A stretch of DNA of 64,000 bases. It comes from Tubulanus polymorphus (taxonomy: Eukaryota > Animalia > Nemertea). This document shows positions 48,769-60,300 of this stretch, one piece after another. The notes beneath the pieces were generated by a model that searched no databases, was not told the origin of the DNA, and saw only the letters and a program-made list of their open reading frames with translations. Made by a program: the position numbers and the translations under genes. Location of the stretch: positions 9,651,859 to 9,715,858 of the forward strand of contig NC_134036.1 in the NCBI RefSeq assembly GCF_964204645.1, written 5' to 3'. Position 1 is the first letter of the stretch. Each line of letters opens with the position of its first letter.

Positions 48769-48949
48769 AGTAATAGGGATAATAGGCTTTCGTATCAAAG
48801 GTTGAAGGGGCGAGTGAGTAAAAATGAAAATAATAATTTATAGTTGAATTAGGAGTGTGCGCGACTAATTCAACTGTAAATTATTATTTTCATTTTTTAC
48901 GAGCTCGACCGTTCGACCTTTGGTATGAAAGCCTATTATCCCTATTACT
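48769..48949. repeat. 181-nt imperfect terminal hairpin at the Polinton right end
   Basis: Arms of ~84 nt. The outer 23 bp are perfect (AGTAATAGGGATAATAGGCTTTC / GAAAGCCTATTATCCCTATTACT). 12-nt loop gagtgtgcgcga. Confidence 0.92.
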
Positions 48950-49872
48950 GGCGTCGTGACTGACTGACTACTTAGGCTACTGCACACCCAGCTGAATCTG
49001 GTAAGCACTTACTTCAATTATATGGTTCCTGGGCCGTTTTTGAACCGATCCCCCTTAATCCCTGCCAATTAATTTAATTTCAAACCGTCAGATTATGATA
49101 AATTAATTTTGAAACTAATGTTTTTCTGGTTGTCAGACCGTCTTAATGATCTCCTTTGGGCGAAAATAGGATGTGCTCAATGGTTTCACATGCTTTAGAA
49201 ATTCTGGGGTCCCTTAAGTAAAAAAGTCTAACGTTAGTTTAGGCTACAGCACACTAATCTGCCGTGTATTGAGCGTACGCGGCTTTGTTCACATGTGTCT
49301 AGACAAGGTGACCTCAATTCAGCAGATAAAGAGTGACATGAACTGAATCGATTTCCTTACTACCGCTGCCGGTGAACTCGGCACAAACGCGCTTGCCTGG
49401 GGTTGCCAAGGTTACCAAGGCTGGCTACAAACAAGCCGTAGCCCAGGCCTATAGGCCCTACGCCTTGATAAAAGCCAGTTAGATGGCATATGATAGGCCT
49501 ATGAGTAGGCATATATTAGGCTAACCCCAACGACGTGTATCCGGAAATGAGCGCCCTCAGTCTTCAGTAATTTCGGAAGTTTTTTTTACGGCCTCTCCGC
49601 GGTCGTGAAGGGAAATACCTATTCGGACTAGCTTAAATTTGAAAAAGGAGAGGTAGGTTGGTATTTCCTGGGAATTCCACGGAAATACGCGAAGTTCTAG
49701 GATGTAAAAAGTTTGTTTATAAACATTCATTCGCTATTGGAATACGATCGTTGATGAAATATCAGCGATTTTTGGAAACTCGCTCGCATACACATAATTT
49801 CGGAAATCGCATACCCGGTTATTCTGGCTCGTTCACGTAATTTCGGAAGTTCCGAATTTATGTATAGGCCTA

Positions 49873-50358
49873 ATGTCTATTTCAAAATGACTTGAGAGCA
49901 TATCTGGTGGCCTAGGTCAGTCAGTTTTGGTAGTACATACTTGATAGAAGTCTTATTAGGAACAGAATGCATTGGCAGCTGACCTAAAATATCATTTTTT
50001 ATTTCACTTTAAACTGTATTGAAGGATATCCAAAAAATCTGTATTGAGAGGGGTTCCTGAGAGAAAAGAGACTCCATGATTTGAAAGTTTAACAATATGT
50101 CTCCATGCCTACCAACTGAAGTTTGGTACGTAGGCATGGAAACATATTGTTAAACTTTCAAATCATGGAGTCACTTCTCTTCATTTAACCCCTTTCAGTG
50201 AAGACTTTTTGGATATCAATGGTTTCAAATGGATTAAAAACGATATTTTAAGTCGACTGCCAGTCCTTTCTGGTCCTAAAGACATCTATCCTATGTACTA
50301 CCAAAACTGAGTGAGCTAGGCCACCCGGAATGCTCTCAAGTCAGGTTGAAATAGACAT
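49873..50358. mobile_element. Fold-back palindromic element (MITE-like) flanked by TA
   Basis: ATGTCTATTTCAA...TTGAAATAGACAT. Arms stay complementary over ~240 bp to a centre near 50115-50125. Confidence 0.75.
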
Positions 50359-50751
50359 TAGTTGGTATTTGTGTGTGTTTTCTCGGTATTCTCGGTATCA
50401 TCAAACAGGCCTTTTTTCTGAGATAATTGTCGCAAAAAAGTGCATATTGAAAGCAAATGCTAATTGAATCTATCATTTTAGCCCCAGAGCCTAGGCCTAT
50501 AACCTAAGTTGATGTCATACCTCTATTAAAACATAAGATTTAATGTCATTCGCAAGATTAATTATGTTATTGTCGCCTTGGAATGAACAACCGAGAGGTG
50601 CCTGATCGCCATATTTGTTCGACTAATCTCTTTTCCATATCTGTCAAATTCCATTCAGCCTGTGGAATGTTCATGTCATATAACTGAAATTTGTAAAAAA
50701 AAGAAATCATCACATAGGCTACAAGCAGATATAAAAAAATTAACTAGGGGA

Positions 50752-50966
50752 AAAGCACATTTCGACCCGAAAACGTCGTTCAGCGCGAGAAAAGACGTTT
50801 TCGTATCAAATATTCCCCCTATCAGAAAAACGACAATGTCGATGCGTAAAAGCGCTCAAATCGTCAGGAAAGCACTTTTCGACCCGAAAACGTCGTTCAG
50901 CGCGAGAAAAGACGTTTTCGTATCAAATATTCCCCCTATCGGAAAAACGACAATGTCGATGCGTAC
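50752..50966. repeat. Tandem duplication, period ~117 bp
   Basis: aaagcac.tttcgacccgaaaacgtcgttcagcgcg...gtcgatgcgta occurs twice. Confidence 0.88.
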
Positions 50967-52297
50967 CTATTGAAGTAGAATGTCTATATCATTTTCGGTT
51001 CCGTAGGCCTACCCAACTATGTCCATTCCGCTGAACAATTTCTTCATTCTGTCTTAGGCCTATGGAAGCGCCATCTCTTCCATCTGTGCCGTTGAACAGC
51101 TCGAGCAATTTTTAAATGAATCCATTAATCGTGTGCATCGGGTCGATTGCCATATATATTGGTAAGTGTCAAATCCATGCATGTCGAATAGAATGGATTA
51201 ATTTTTGATTCCACAAACATGTCTAAGATTTCCTAAAACACGAAAAATCTGCCATATTCTACATAGCATTGATCGAATACCAGTAGGAAGATGATGGTAG
51301 GTATATGACTGACAGAAAAGGCTTTCGGTGTTTGGAGTCTGCTCGATAGCCCCACATCTCGTTAGGGTTACGTCTCATTGGTCCCACAATTTTGACTTAT
51401 GAGAAATGTGACCAATGACATTTTTCCAGGTAGGCCTATTTGATATGAATCGTATTATGGGCTTGTATTCGATTAGTGCACTTTAAAAGCAAGTCATCTG
51501 TTTTGCGTTGCAGTGTCATTCTTTCTTCTCGATCTTCCGAGAATCAATTTTCATCGTCGCCAATGAAGGGTCCTATGTCTATGTCCTATTCATGGTCTTG
51601 AGGAAAATATATGGTTAATAGAATATTATTAAAATGAATTGACAGGTGTGTTTAAATTTCAAAACAGAATTTTCACTTCTCTAAGCTTCGATTTTGATGA
51701 CACATCATTCTATTCAATAAATTATGATGCAATCCCTGATGAGTATCAAAAGAGTGGTCGTTAAACGCATGCCCAAGGCATACAAGATGTGACGTTGATT
51801 GACGAAAAATAAAGAAACATGCGCCAGCACGCCCGGTTGACTAACTTCGGAGCCCCAGGCCAGGAAGGCACGTGTGTTTGTTAAACTCATGTGTGTGACG
51901 TCTCTGTGCATGACAGATGACGTCACGCAGTACAAACATGGCCGCCGCGTTTTGTGATTAAAAACAAGTTTAAAGGACGATCATAGATGAAATATTTGAA
52001 CATCTTGTAGTATAAAAAAGGTGAGACCGCCTAGTGATTTACCTAAAGTTTTAAACCAAACTTTAAATCAGGCGCCGAAATCAATTCTTATAATATCAAT
52101 AGAGAAAACTGGGTGCATAGAATGTAAGATTCTGAGCACTGGGAAAAATCGAGCTAATTATCTACCAAATCAATTATGAAATTATTGCAGGAGGGGCCCG
52201 GAAACTACACATCTTAACAATAACATTTCTTAAACTATTTTAATTAAGCTACCCGCTATTCAAAATTATGTGAATTATTATTCATCGCTAATATACT

Positions 52298-54746
52298 CCC
52301 AGTCAACATTTTTAGTCGGCCCGACGTCCAAATAAAGTTGGCAAAATCAGTTCCTCGACCGTTTGCCAACCTCACCCGACTCTTTTCTGACCATACCCCG
52401 TCCATATTTGTCGATTCCCCGACCATTTGCCAACCTCATCCGACCGTTTTCTGACCAAACCCCGTCCATATTTGTCGATTCCCCGACTGTTTGCCAACGT
52501 CATCCTGGAACTGAGTTTGAGGAACCTCTTCCATAAGATACATGAGACAACTATAGAGAATTACATGTACAAGTCGTTTCCTTTAGTAGCAAAACAAAAA
52601 TCAATACATAATTTTAAACAGTTTACATAGATTTTGAGATAAACTATAAAAGTAAATATAGCTGCAAAGCAGCGATAACGGGTTTTCTGGATGCATGTGA
52701 TCGAAAGGAAAAATTAATTACCGGGTATTCGATGGAAAAAATAAAATGAGATGATTTGGATATTATCGGAGCAATCCTCTTTTTGGTTGAATGGTCTAAC
52801 CCCAGTATAGTCCACCGTGATTTGGAAATTCTCGGAGCCCTCCTTTATTTACTTACTAAATGACGTCACAAACTGTTATTTCGCCGGTGCTTGTTGTCTA
52901 ACAATTCAATTCAATTCTTTATTTACAGTAACCTAATAAGTAATTTTAAGTTTCAAATAGGATGGAAAGTACATTCAGACAATCTGTTGGTTCAGAGAAA
53001 CCGTTATTACAGTATCAATTTATACATTTCGTTTCGAAGCTGTCAGTTGCCGAATCTGAATGAAGATGAATTTTATTTGACGAAATGGGCGGAAAATATA
53101 TAACAATAATAATCAACAGAATTTCAAGAGGGTTTTCGACGAAAGTCAGAAAACCCTGATAAAATAGAAATTTACCGTCGCCATTTTTCAACTTGATAAC
53201 TCGCCGATCATATAATATTTATATAATACCAAGTCGTTTGAAAAGCATTTCTTCGATTGATAACAACAATTTTAAACTATTTTTAAGACATTATTAACAA
53301 ATAAACAAAGCAATATATGTATGATTAATGCCTGAATGATATGCACAGTTAGATGACTCATCTAAGTGTTTTTTAAGAATTTTAGAAAAATCTACACTTT
53401 CTTTTTCTGATAAATATCACATAGGCCTAATACAAAAATAAATCCTTTCATACTACATATAAAATGGTAAGATCTATATTAAAGCAGGGGACACAAATAT
53501 GAATTGTTATGGTTTCAACTGCTGTCTAATTCTTTGCCAAAAGTACAGAATCATTAGAATTTTAGCGTGTTTAAGCCAAAGTTTGATGCATCCCCAATTA
53601 CCTCATTCGCCGCTTAACCATTGTTTGAGTCATTTATGAGAAGGGATCACCGTACAGCTTCTAAAAATGTCACCAGTAAATAAGTCCTGACTGGATATCA
53701 TCGAGTGAAGCTTCGGGATGTGGAATATCACACTCTCCGACGTTGTACTGGTGTAGAACATGCCCCAACATCCTTTCCTCACGAAATTTCTCGATTGCTG
53801 TGACAAGCCTAAAAGGAAAATAAACTGGTTTAATTAATAAATTGTATTAACTTCATAGAGATCATAGTAATGAGTCAGTTTAGGTCTAGCTTAAGTCTAT
53901 TCTTTTCGTCTGGGATCGCGATTTTTGGGGATATTTCTCATTTTCAGTCAAACAGCGTAGGCAGCAGCCAAGCACTAGCTCAAAATGCACTTAAACCTGA
54001 TGATGTATCCATGATATCAGCTATTAAACCTGAGTCAATCAATTTGTAATCATTACAACATAATAGTTGTAATAACCTAATCATTTTAAGTGTTATTTTA
54101 GGAATAAAATGCATTGAATTTGATGTTGCTTCAAAAAGGCCTTAAAATTGAAGCAACTCAGCCGCAAATATCAAATACCAAGTAAATACAATTACACTTA
54201 CCGATTGTAACACTTGTAATTACACTTGTTACAACTAGAAGATTGATGAATAGCAATTTTGATAACAAAGAATACGAACAAAAGAGCGAACAGAATGGAA
54301 CCAATAACAAAACTTTCAATTTTTTATTCAGTTTAACAACCTTTTTTAATAACATATAATCAAACGTATACGTGTATCATTGATTAATAACTGAGGTATT
54401 GATATCGTCCTTATTTAAATAATTCTCAAATGGGGCGAAAGAGGGCACTACCATCGTGGTCGGCATAAGGTTAACGGGCCAACGTTGGCCCGACGACGAA
54501 AAGGTTACTGTATATAAAGAATTAATAATTTTGAAACAAAACTACGCTATACATATACCTACATAATATTTACTATCATATATTATGCTAAAATTAGAGC
54601 GAATGCATCAGAAACAAGTATTTTCCCCGCAGAGGTCGGCGTGGAAACGTCAGCCCGACGGCGAAGCCGACTTGCCGACCCACGTCCAAATGCCGATTTC
54701 GTCTGACTCAATGCCGACGTCGGGCCGACTGGAAATGTTAACTGGG
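52298..54746. mobile_element. Non-autonomous TIR element with CCC termini (CMC/EnSpm-like)
   Basis: CCCAGTCAACATTTTTAGTCGGCCCGACGTC matches GACGTCGGGCCGACTGGAAATGTTAACTGGG in inverted orientation. Subterminal CCGAC repeats. 2-bp CT on both flanks. Confidence 0.65.
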
Positions 54747-55119
54747 CTATGACATACTATCATTGATCATTACCCATACTAGACGTTGTGAGTACTAAAC
54801 TGATGAATGTAACCTCATCTTTTTCAACGAATGGTTGACGTTCACCTTACCTTTTCTATAACAAATTACAATTTATTCTACTTGTGTTTCGACTGATATT
54901 TGATACTCATTAAAATATGTTCCATGGTAAAAAGTCAAGAGATCGTAGACTCACTTATATCAGAGTCAGAGTCAACGAGATTTACTCTTTTTCATCGCAT
55001 GCACCTTTTATTGATCTTTACATCTTCAATTGGTAATTATCTCCTAAATCAACGTACCTATTGTTATGGAGCCTAGATTTCATGATGATTAGGCTGCTTA
55101 TTTTCAAAATTGTCGATGT

Positions 55120-55950
55120 AATTTCCATATATTTAAGGAAAGCCATATTGAGAAAGAGATGAATGCTTCTTCCAGCTGAATTGCCAATCCCTCGACAGTG
55201 GCTTTATATCACCTTTTGTAAAATAGAGCCCGTTTAAACAAATGGTTTCGATATCTCTTGAGATATTTACGATGGGACAAATCTCTGTTCTTGGTATTTG
55301 GATTATGATAACTTGATTTTCTCCTTGCCTGTTATTATACTGCTTAAATTTGTCAGCCAAGTTCCAATTTGCAGTAAGATTATGGTCACTAATATTCCTT
55401 TCTAACGCAAGATAGAATCAGCAAGGTCATTTTCGGTGCAGCAGAAATACGTATGCATTTCGAGCGCGAACATACGTGGTCCTATTTTTATCTCCCTTTC
55501 ATTAGAATGCCGGCCAACGATGCATTCTCGAGGTATGCTACCTGTACTGATTTTTTCTAGCACTTCACGTCCTTTGAAATCTAGACAAGAAAGGAACTCT
55601 AGGGTGATAAGCTTTGCAGTTGTGGCTTTGTCATAATTAAAACCAAGACAATATTTATCGTATACCATTCATCGCTGTAGCAGGACAGCGATTCGTCTAA
55701 CATTCGCTCGGTTGCAATTTAATGAGAAGTCCTACTCAAAAGTTTTGTCAAGTTCATTGCGTGACCATTGTTCAATGGTATATCCTTGGAAAGATGCACC
55801 TACCCTCAGGGTCCCGGTTCTTGTATTATTTTCTTCCTCGTGTACTCTTCCTACCCAGTGACATTGTTGCCGATCCTGATGTTTTGAAATGTAAGCAACA
55901 ACAAACTTCTTTTGAAACATAGAAAGCATCAACTTTGTGATCCAAGGGTC
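55120..55950 (-). pseudogene. Endogenous viral element: degraded L (RdRp) gene of a non-segmented negative-strand RNA virus (chuvirus/Mononegavirales-like)
   Basis: In order across frames: FQKKFVVAYISKHQ; GYTIEQWS..LDKTFE*DF; MLDESLSCY; IVGRHSNEREIKIGPRMFALEMHTYFCCTENDLA (pre-motif A KERE.K..R.F); RQGENQVIIIQIP (motif C GDNQ); GLAIQLEEAFIS (motif D). Motifs A and B appear deleted. Confidence 0.8.
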
Positions 55951-58639
55951 GTACTCTTTTGGCTCATTTGCTAGTTGCTATATCTTTCTAAATCTCGCCT
56001 TTTCGCCAACCGTCGGGTGGCCCCAATGCCGCTATAGACCGAATGCCGCCATAGACCGAAGATTTCGCTGTGGAAATAGTAAACGCTTTCCATTTCACTA
56101 AACGTATCGAGAATGATTAGTCGTCCATTTTGCTCGTGTCGTCCACAATTCTTGCACGCCGAGTGTAAAAACCTCGTATTTCCTTTCTCCCTATTCACTG
56201 TCGATTACCCTGTTGAAAATTGATTCCAGCTTTAAACTGGCCGAATACCATAGGCCTATACTTAGCAGGGATGAAATGCATGTGGACGAAACGTAAACAT
56301 TTCGGAAAAGTATGCTTTAACAAAATTATAGCTATAGACATGTTCTATGATTGTGGTGAGTTTTAAGGTCATCGCTTTCTATATGATTTCAAATGTTCAC
56401 CAAGGTGTGTTGAATATCGGAATTTTCTGTTGGGCATTTCAAACCATCGGCGTGGTGTCTCTGGACCTCTTAGATTAAATTGAAATCCTAGTGGAGGTTC
56501 TTTCACGAAAAAAAGATGTTGTATTAACGATTTAACTGATGTTCTATTCATTGACGGCTGATATCATACTAGCAATAGCCCTGGTATGAAATGAGAACAT
56601 AAAAAAAAATTGGAACATTAATGATACAAGTACCCAGACGAATGCAAAATGTTTTTACAAATGTTTTACAATAGTTATATGGCAGCTCTACATTGATCCG
56701 AAATTATACCTTGTTTCTCATCAAATCTCCCTTAGGCCATGTGAAGGGCAAAATATGGTCATTTTCTGGAGTTTTTTTAAAGAAAAAAGTTCATTGGTTC
56801 TCAAGGATTCTTTAGTTTTGTCTTCCTAGTACATGGAGGTCATTCATTTATTACGTACGCATGAGGGAGGAGGGTATGGGTCAATGCAATTGCGCATGCA
56901 GGCGTGCCGCTACCGCCCCAATTACACACACTTTTTGACAGAATAAAATAGAACATAATAAAATGAAATAATTGAAATTAGCTTGGATAGAAGTTTTTGA
57001 AACACGAATTATTATTCATAATTTAGTTAGCCGACTTACTTTTGTCTTTGTACTGAATGATATGTTGGTCCCCTCTTTTGTTCATCTTTTGCGTGAAAAA
57101 CAACATCATGCAGGCCATTCCATTTGCTTTTGTGAATTTTTCTCTCATGCACGATATAAGGGAATTGCTTCACTATTTTTGCTTTGCATGTGATTTTAAA
57201 TATTACTACGTTAAGACAGTAGAGGACCTTTCTTCAGGCAGAAATTTTGCTATATTTGTCGTAACCTGTCCCCTAATATGGCCTCGTCGCATTTGGCCCC
57301 GAGACACGGAAAGTTAAACGTGCAGCTATTTTTGTCATGTCCTGCTGTGTACATCCTCAACATTTATGTATCGAGTCGACCGCATGTTAACAATCAGCGG
57401 AAAGCCTATAAAAGTAAGGGAAATTGTCTCGTAATCACAATTCTTCAAAACTCATCATCAACATCCGTCAATCTCGAATAAGTGTGATCTGGTATATCAT
57501 TAGGGCTGCGTTTCTTTTTTCGTATTGTTAGTTTGGGTTTGGGTCCAGGATCTCTTTCCGATATTCGTCGACAGAACGGTTGAGCTTGTACTGAAAATCA
57601 TTTCTCCAAGAGATCGTAGTTTTGATCGAATCGCCGTCCTGTCATGGTTAGTTTGTCTGCTTCTGTGATATAAACCTTTGCGTTCAAGGTTTTTCTAGCC
57701 CATCTCGACGGGAAAACGGACGCTCCGAGGAACACTTGCTTCTTGGCTACTGAATTCGCGTCAGCGTTGTTCAATATGTGTATTGTTCACGCCAGACGGC
57801 CAGCTGAAGTCTTTGCGTAGATCACATTATTCGGCAGTGAAACACTGATCGATCTATTCGCCGACTCGCTGTTATTTGTGTTAGTGTAAATGCGATCGGT
57901 ATCACCAACACGTCTTACGTCCACCTCCACATAAAACCTCTTCTTCCTACAATTCCGACAGTCTCCGCAATTACACCGAATGAAAACGCTAATGACACGT
58001 GGTAGTTTTTCCTCATGATTCCAATGTTACCAGCATATTGGCAGAGCAACTCATTGTATACGCAGTGACATAGACTTATAACGACAAGCGCCAACATCTT
58101 CCTTGCTTGTTGTTTATCGGCATCGCCAGGAAATATATCATCGGAACAGTTGACCTTCATACCTGTGCGGAATTGGCTCTGTCCTAAGTGCACGGTGTCG
58201 GCCAATCATTCGCATCGCTAGTCTCTTGATAGCCTTCTTCGCACTGGCTCCAACACTTGTTGCGTACTTGAGGCGCAGACCTAACTCTCTGAGATCGCCG
58301 CCTATTTGCTGTCCTATTGCCTCTTGCTGAAGGGTTCATGAGGCGCCCTGTTGCTAGTACAGTTGGGGTGTCCTACTGGATGGGACCTCTTGTCCTTTAT
58401 TACGCAGCCGTTACCGGTTGGACAGAGTTTTGTCTGTAGGGGGCTCCGATGATCACGTGTTTGTCGGATTGGTCCGCGCGGAAGATACGAATTGATTGAG
58501 ATGCGCTTTGTCCCATATTTTGTAGTCCGGTGATAATTATGCTATTCTATCGACAATCGACGTGTGATGATTTGGCCTGCTCCTGGTGGTGCTTGGCTTT
58601 CTGTAGTAACACCTGTCTGAATGGTGTATACTGAATGGG

Positions 58640-58900
58640 GAGCCCCTATGAGAAATAGGCTTCTGGCTTCATACCTTTGTTGGCACCTGACTGCTGCGGT
58701 TTAAACTGTGGCATTTCTGTAACCTCAACAAACATATTGCATTTATATCCAATAAACACCTTGAATCGTGAAGACTCCCTAGCACATAATGTTAATGTTC
58801 CTTCGTGGTAGATGCCTTTGCCATATTTTAAAGTGGAGAAAGAGACGAATGCTTCTTCCAGTTTCATTGGCAATCCATCGGCTGTGGCTTGGTTATATAT
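58640..58900 (-). pseudogene. Second L-protein fragment (motif D region)
   Basis: ATADGLPMKLEEAFVSFSTLKYGKGIYHEG fits GLxxKxEExxxS....YGKxxY..G. Nucleotides are similar to ~55150-55205. Confidence 0.65.
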
Positions 58901-60119
58901 ACCTTTTCGTGAGCCGGTTTCCGGATTTTGAGGTTTATCTCGAAATCGCATTTTCCTGAGTTTACTCGAACCTTTTTTTCCTTAAACAAGTCCAAAGAAA
59001 AACACAAATTCAATATGTGTAAAGTTTAACAAGTTATCACTAGGCATCATGTATCAGTAGGCTTTCTAACTCAAATGTATGCATAGGTTAGCCATGGGAA
59101 AGTGAAGGTGGGTCCATTTTAAAAACATAGACTTACCTAATCATAATGAGAGGTACTAACCATTTTGTCATTTGGGTCAATGGGAATTTGATTAATAACT
59201 CTGGACGTTTATAATTCATAGCAACCATTGTTTTTTCTAACCCGTGAAGTGGTTGTAATTGTCCAGGCAATAGTTTTATTACCCTAATACTATATTTATC
59301 AAGTCCACAATTAAATTTTCATTGAAAAGGATTCGAAGATCCGACTTCAGAGCGGAGGCTAATTTTTTTTTTGATGTACGATGAAAATGGCTATAAGTTT
59401 CAAATATCCGCTATGAAAAGTTTCAATTTAATTATGTTTTTAAATATATTTTATTCATAAAATGTGCATTGTACATTAGCGTGCGCAAAGTTTAGGTGAA
59501 TAATGTATATATTTGTATGCATTGTACTTTCAAAGTTTTACTGTCCTGTTCAAGTAAATTGAAATGGAGGAAGTTATTTCGATCTATTTACAGATCTTAT
59601 CACGCCTTATCTAAACTAGGATGGAATTAGTATCGGCACTAGTGTCAATGTCGCTAGCCTCTACTATGGTACAATATATTAATTAATCAAATCAGCTGCT
59701 ACAGCTTTATGCTGCTACTTTATTTCCAATCTTGAAACCTTAGCATCCACAAAATACACCGACAATTTTTTGAGTTGATCAGAAAAACCAAGATTTTGGG
59801 GTACATTTAACCCCCGGTAAACCATCATATACACAGCAACCACCTCCTACCGCCAGGTTTTCACAATGTACATCTCTATACAAATACGTAGTAAAACACC
59901 AACAATACACCGCCATACACTCTATATATACCGTTTAAAACGTTCTACACCCATGTGGGCGGTATATAGAGAGTTCACTGTTCGTTGTTTCAAACACTTC
60001 TTGCTCGTTGCATTTGAGTTCCCTGTTTATTATTCATGAAAAAAGTTGCTGACAAGAACTATTATGGCTACCATATCTTTGTATAGAGGTATTTTACCTG
60101 CACTTTCTTTGTCCTCAGC

Positions 60120-60300
60120 GATCTCCTCCAAATGTGTCCCCTTCACAACAACTAGTTGTCCATTTTGCCACTCGCCTGTGTTGTCTGGTAATATATAGTA
60201 TTGTCTGTGCACCTTGATATCATAACCCATGGTCTTGCATAGACCTATTCAATATCTGTGACATTGAACTGTAATGTCACTTTGAAAATCTGTACCACTT
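60120..60300 (-). pseudogene. C-terminal fragment of a tyrosine-recombinase-like protein
   Basis: LCKTMGYDIKVHRQYYILPDNT resembles the MGHDIxVHRxYYRLP motif of invertebrate YR-like transposon proteins. Confidence 0.4.

Larger units (their letters stand above)
34897..48949. mobile_element. Maverick/Polinton endogenous DNA virus; left part deleted or rearranged, right terminus intact
   Basis: pPolB, capsid-like proteins, A32-like ATPase and rve integrase in a very AT-rich, intronless, gene-dense block. Ends ...CCCTATTACT-3', consistent with Polinton AG..CT termini. Confidence 0.95.

Noticed and set aside
12060-48949. One giant 37-kb Polinton bounded by 12060 and 48949
   Set aside because: The termini differ within the first 20 bp and diverge after ~45 bp. 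The flanks (ACTGAG and GGCGTC) are not a TSD, and the interior is unrelated TE debris.
53660-53810. Exon-like minus-strand segment (LVTAIEKFREERMLGHVLHQY...GLIYW*) after a ttttag acceptor
   Set aside because: No recognisable family or partner exons, and it lies inside a TIR element.
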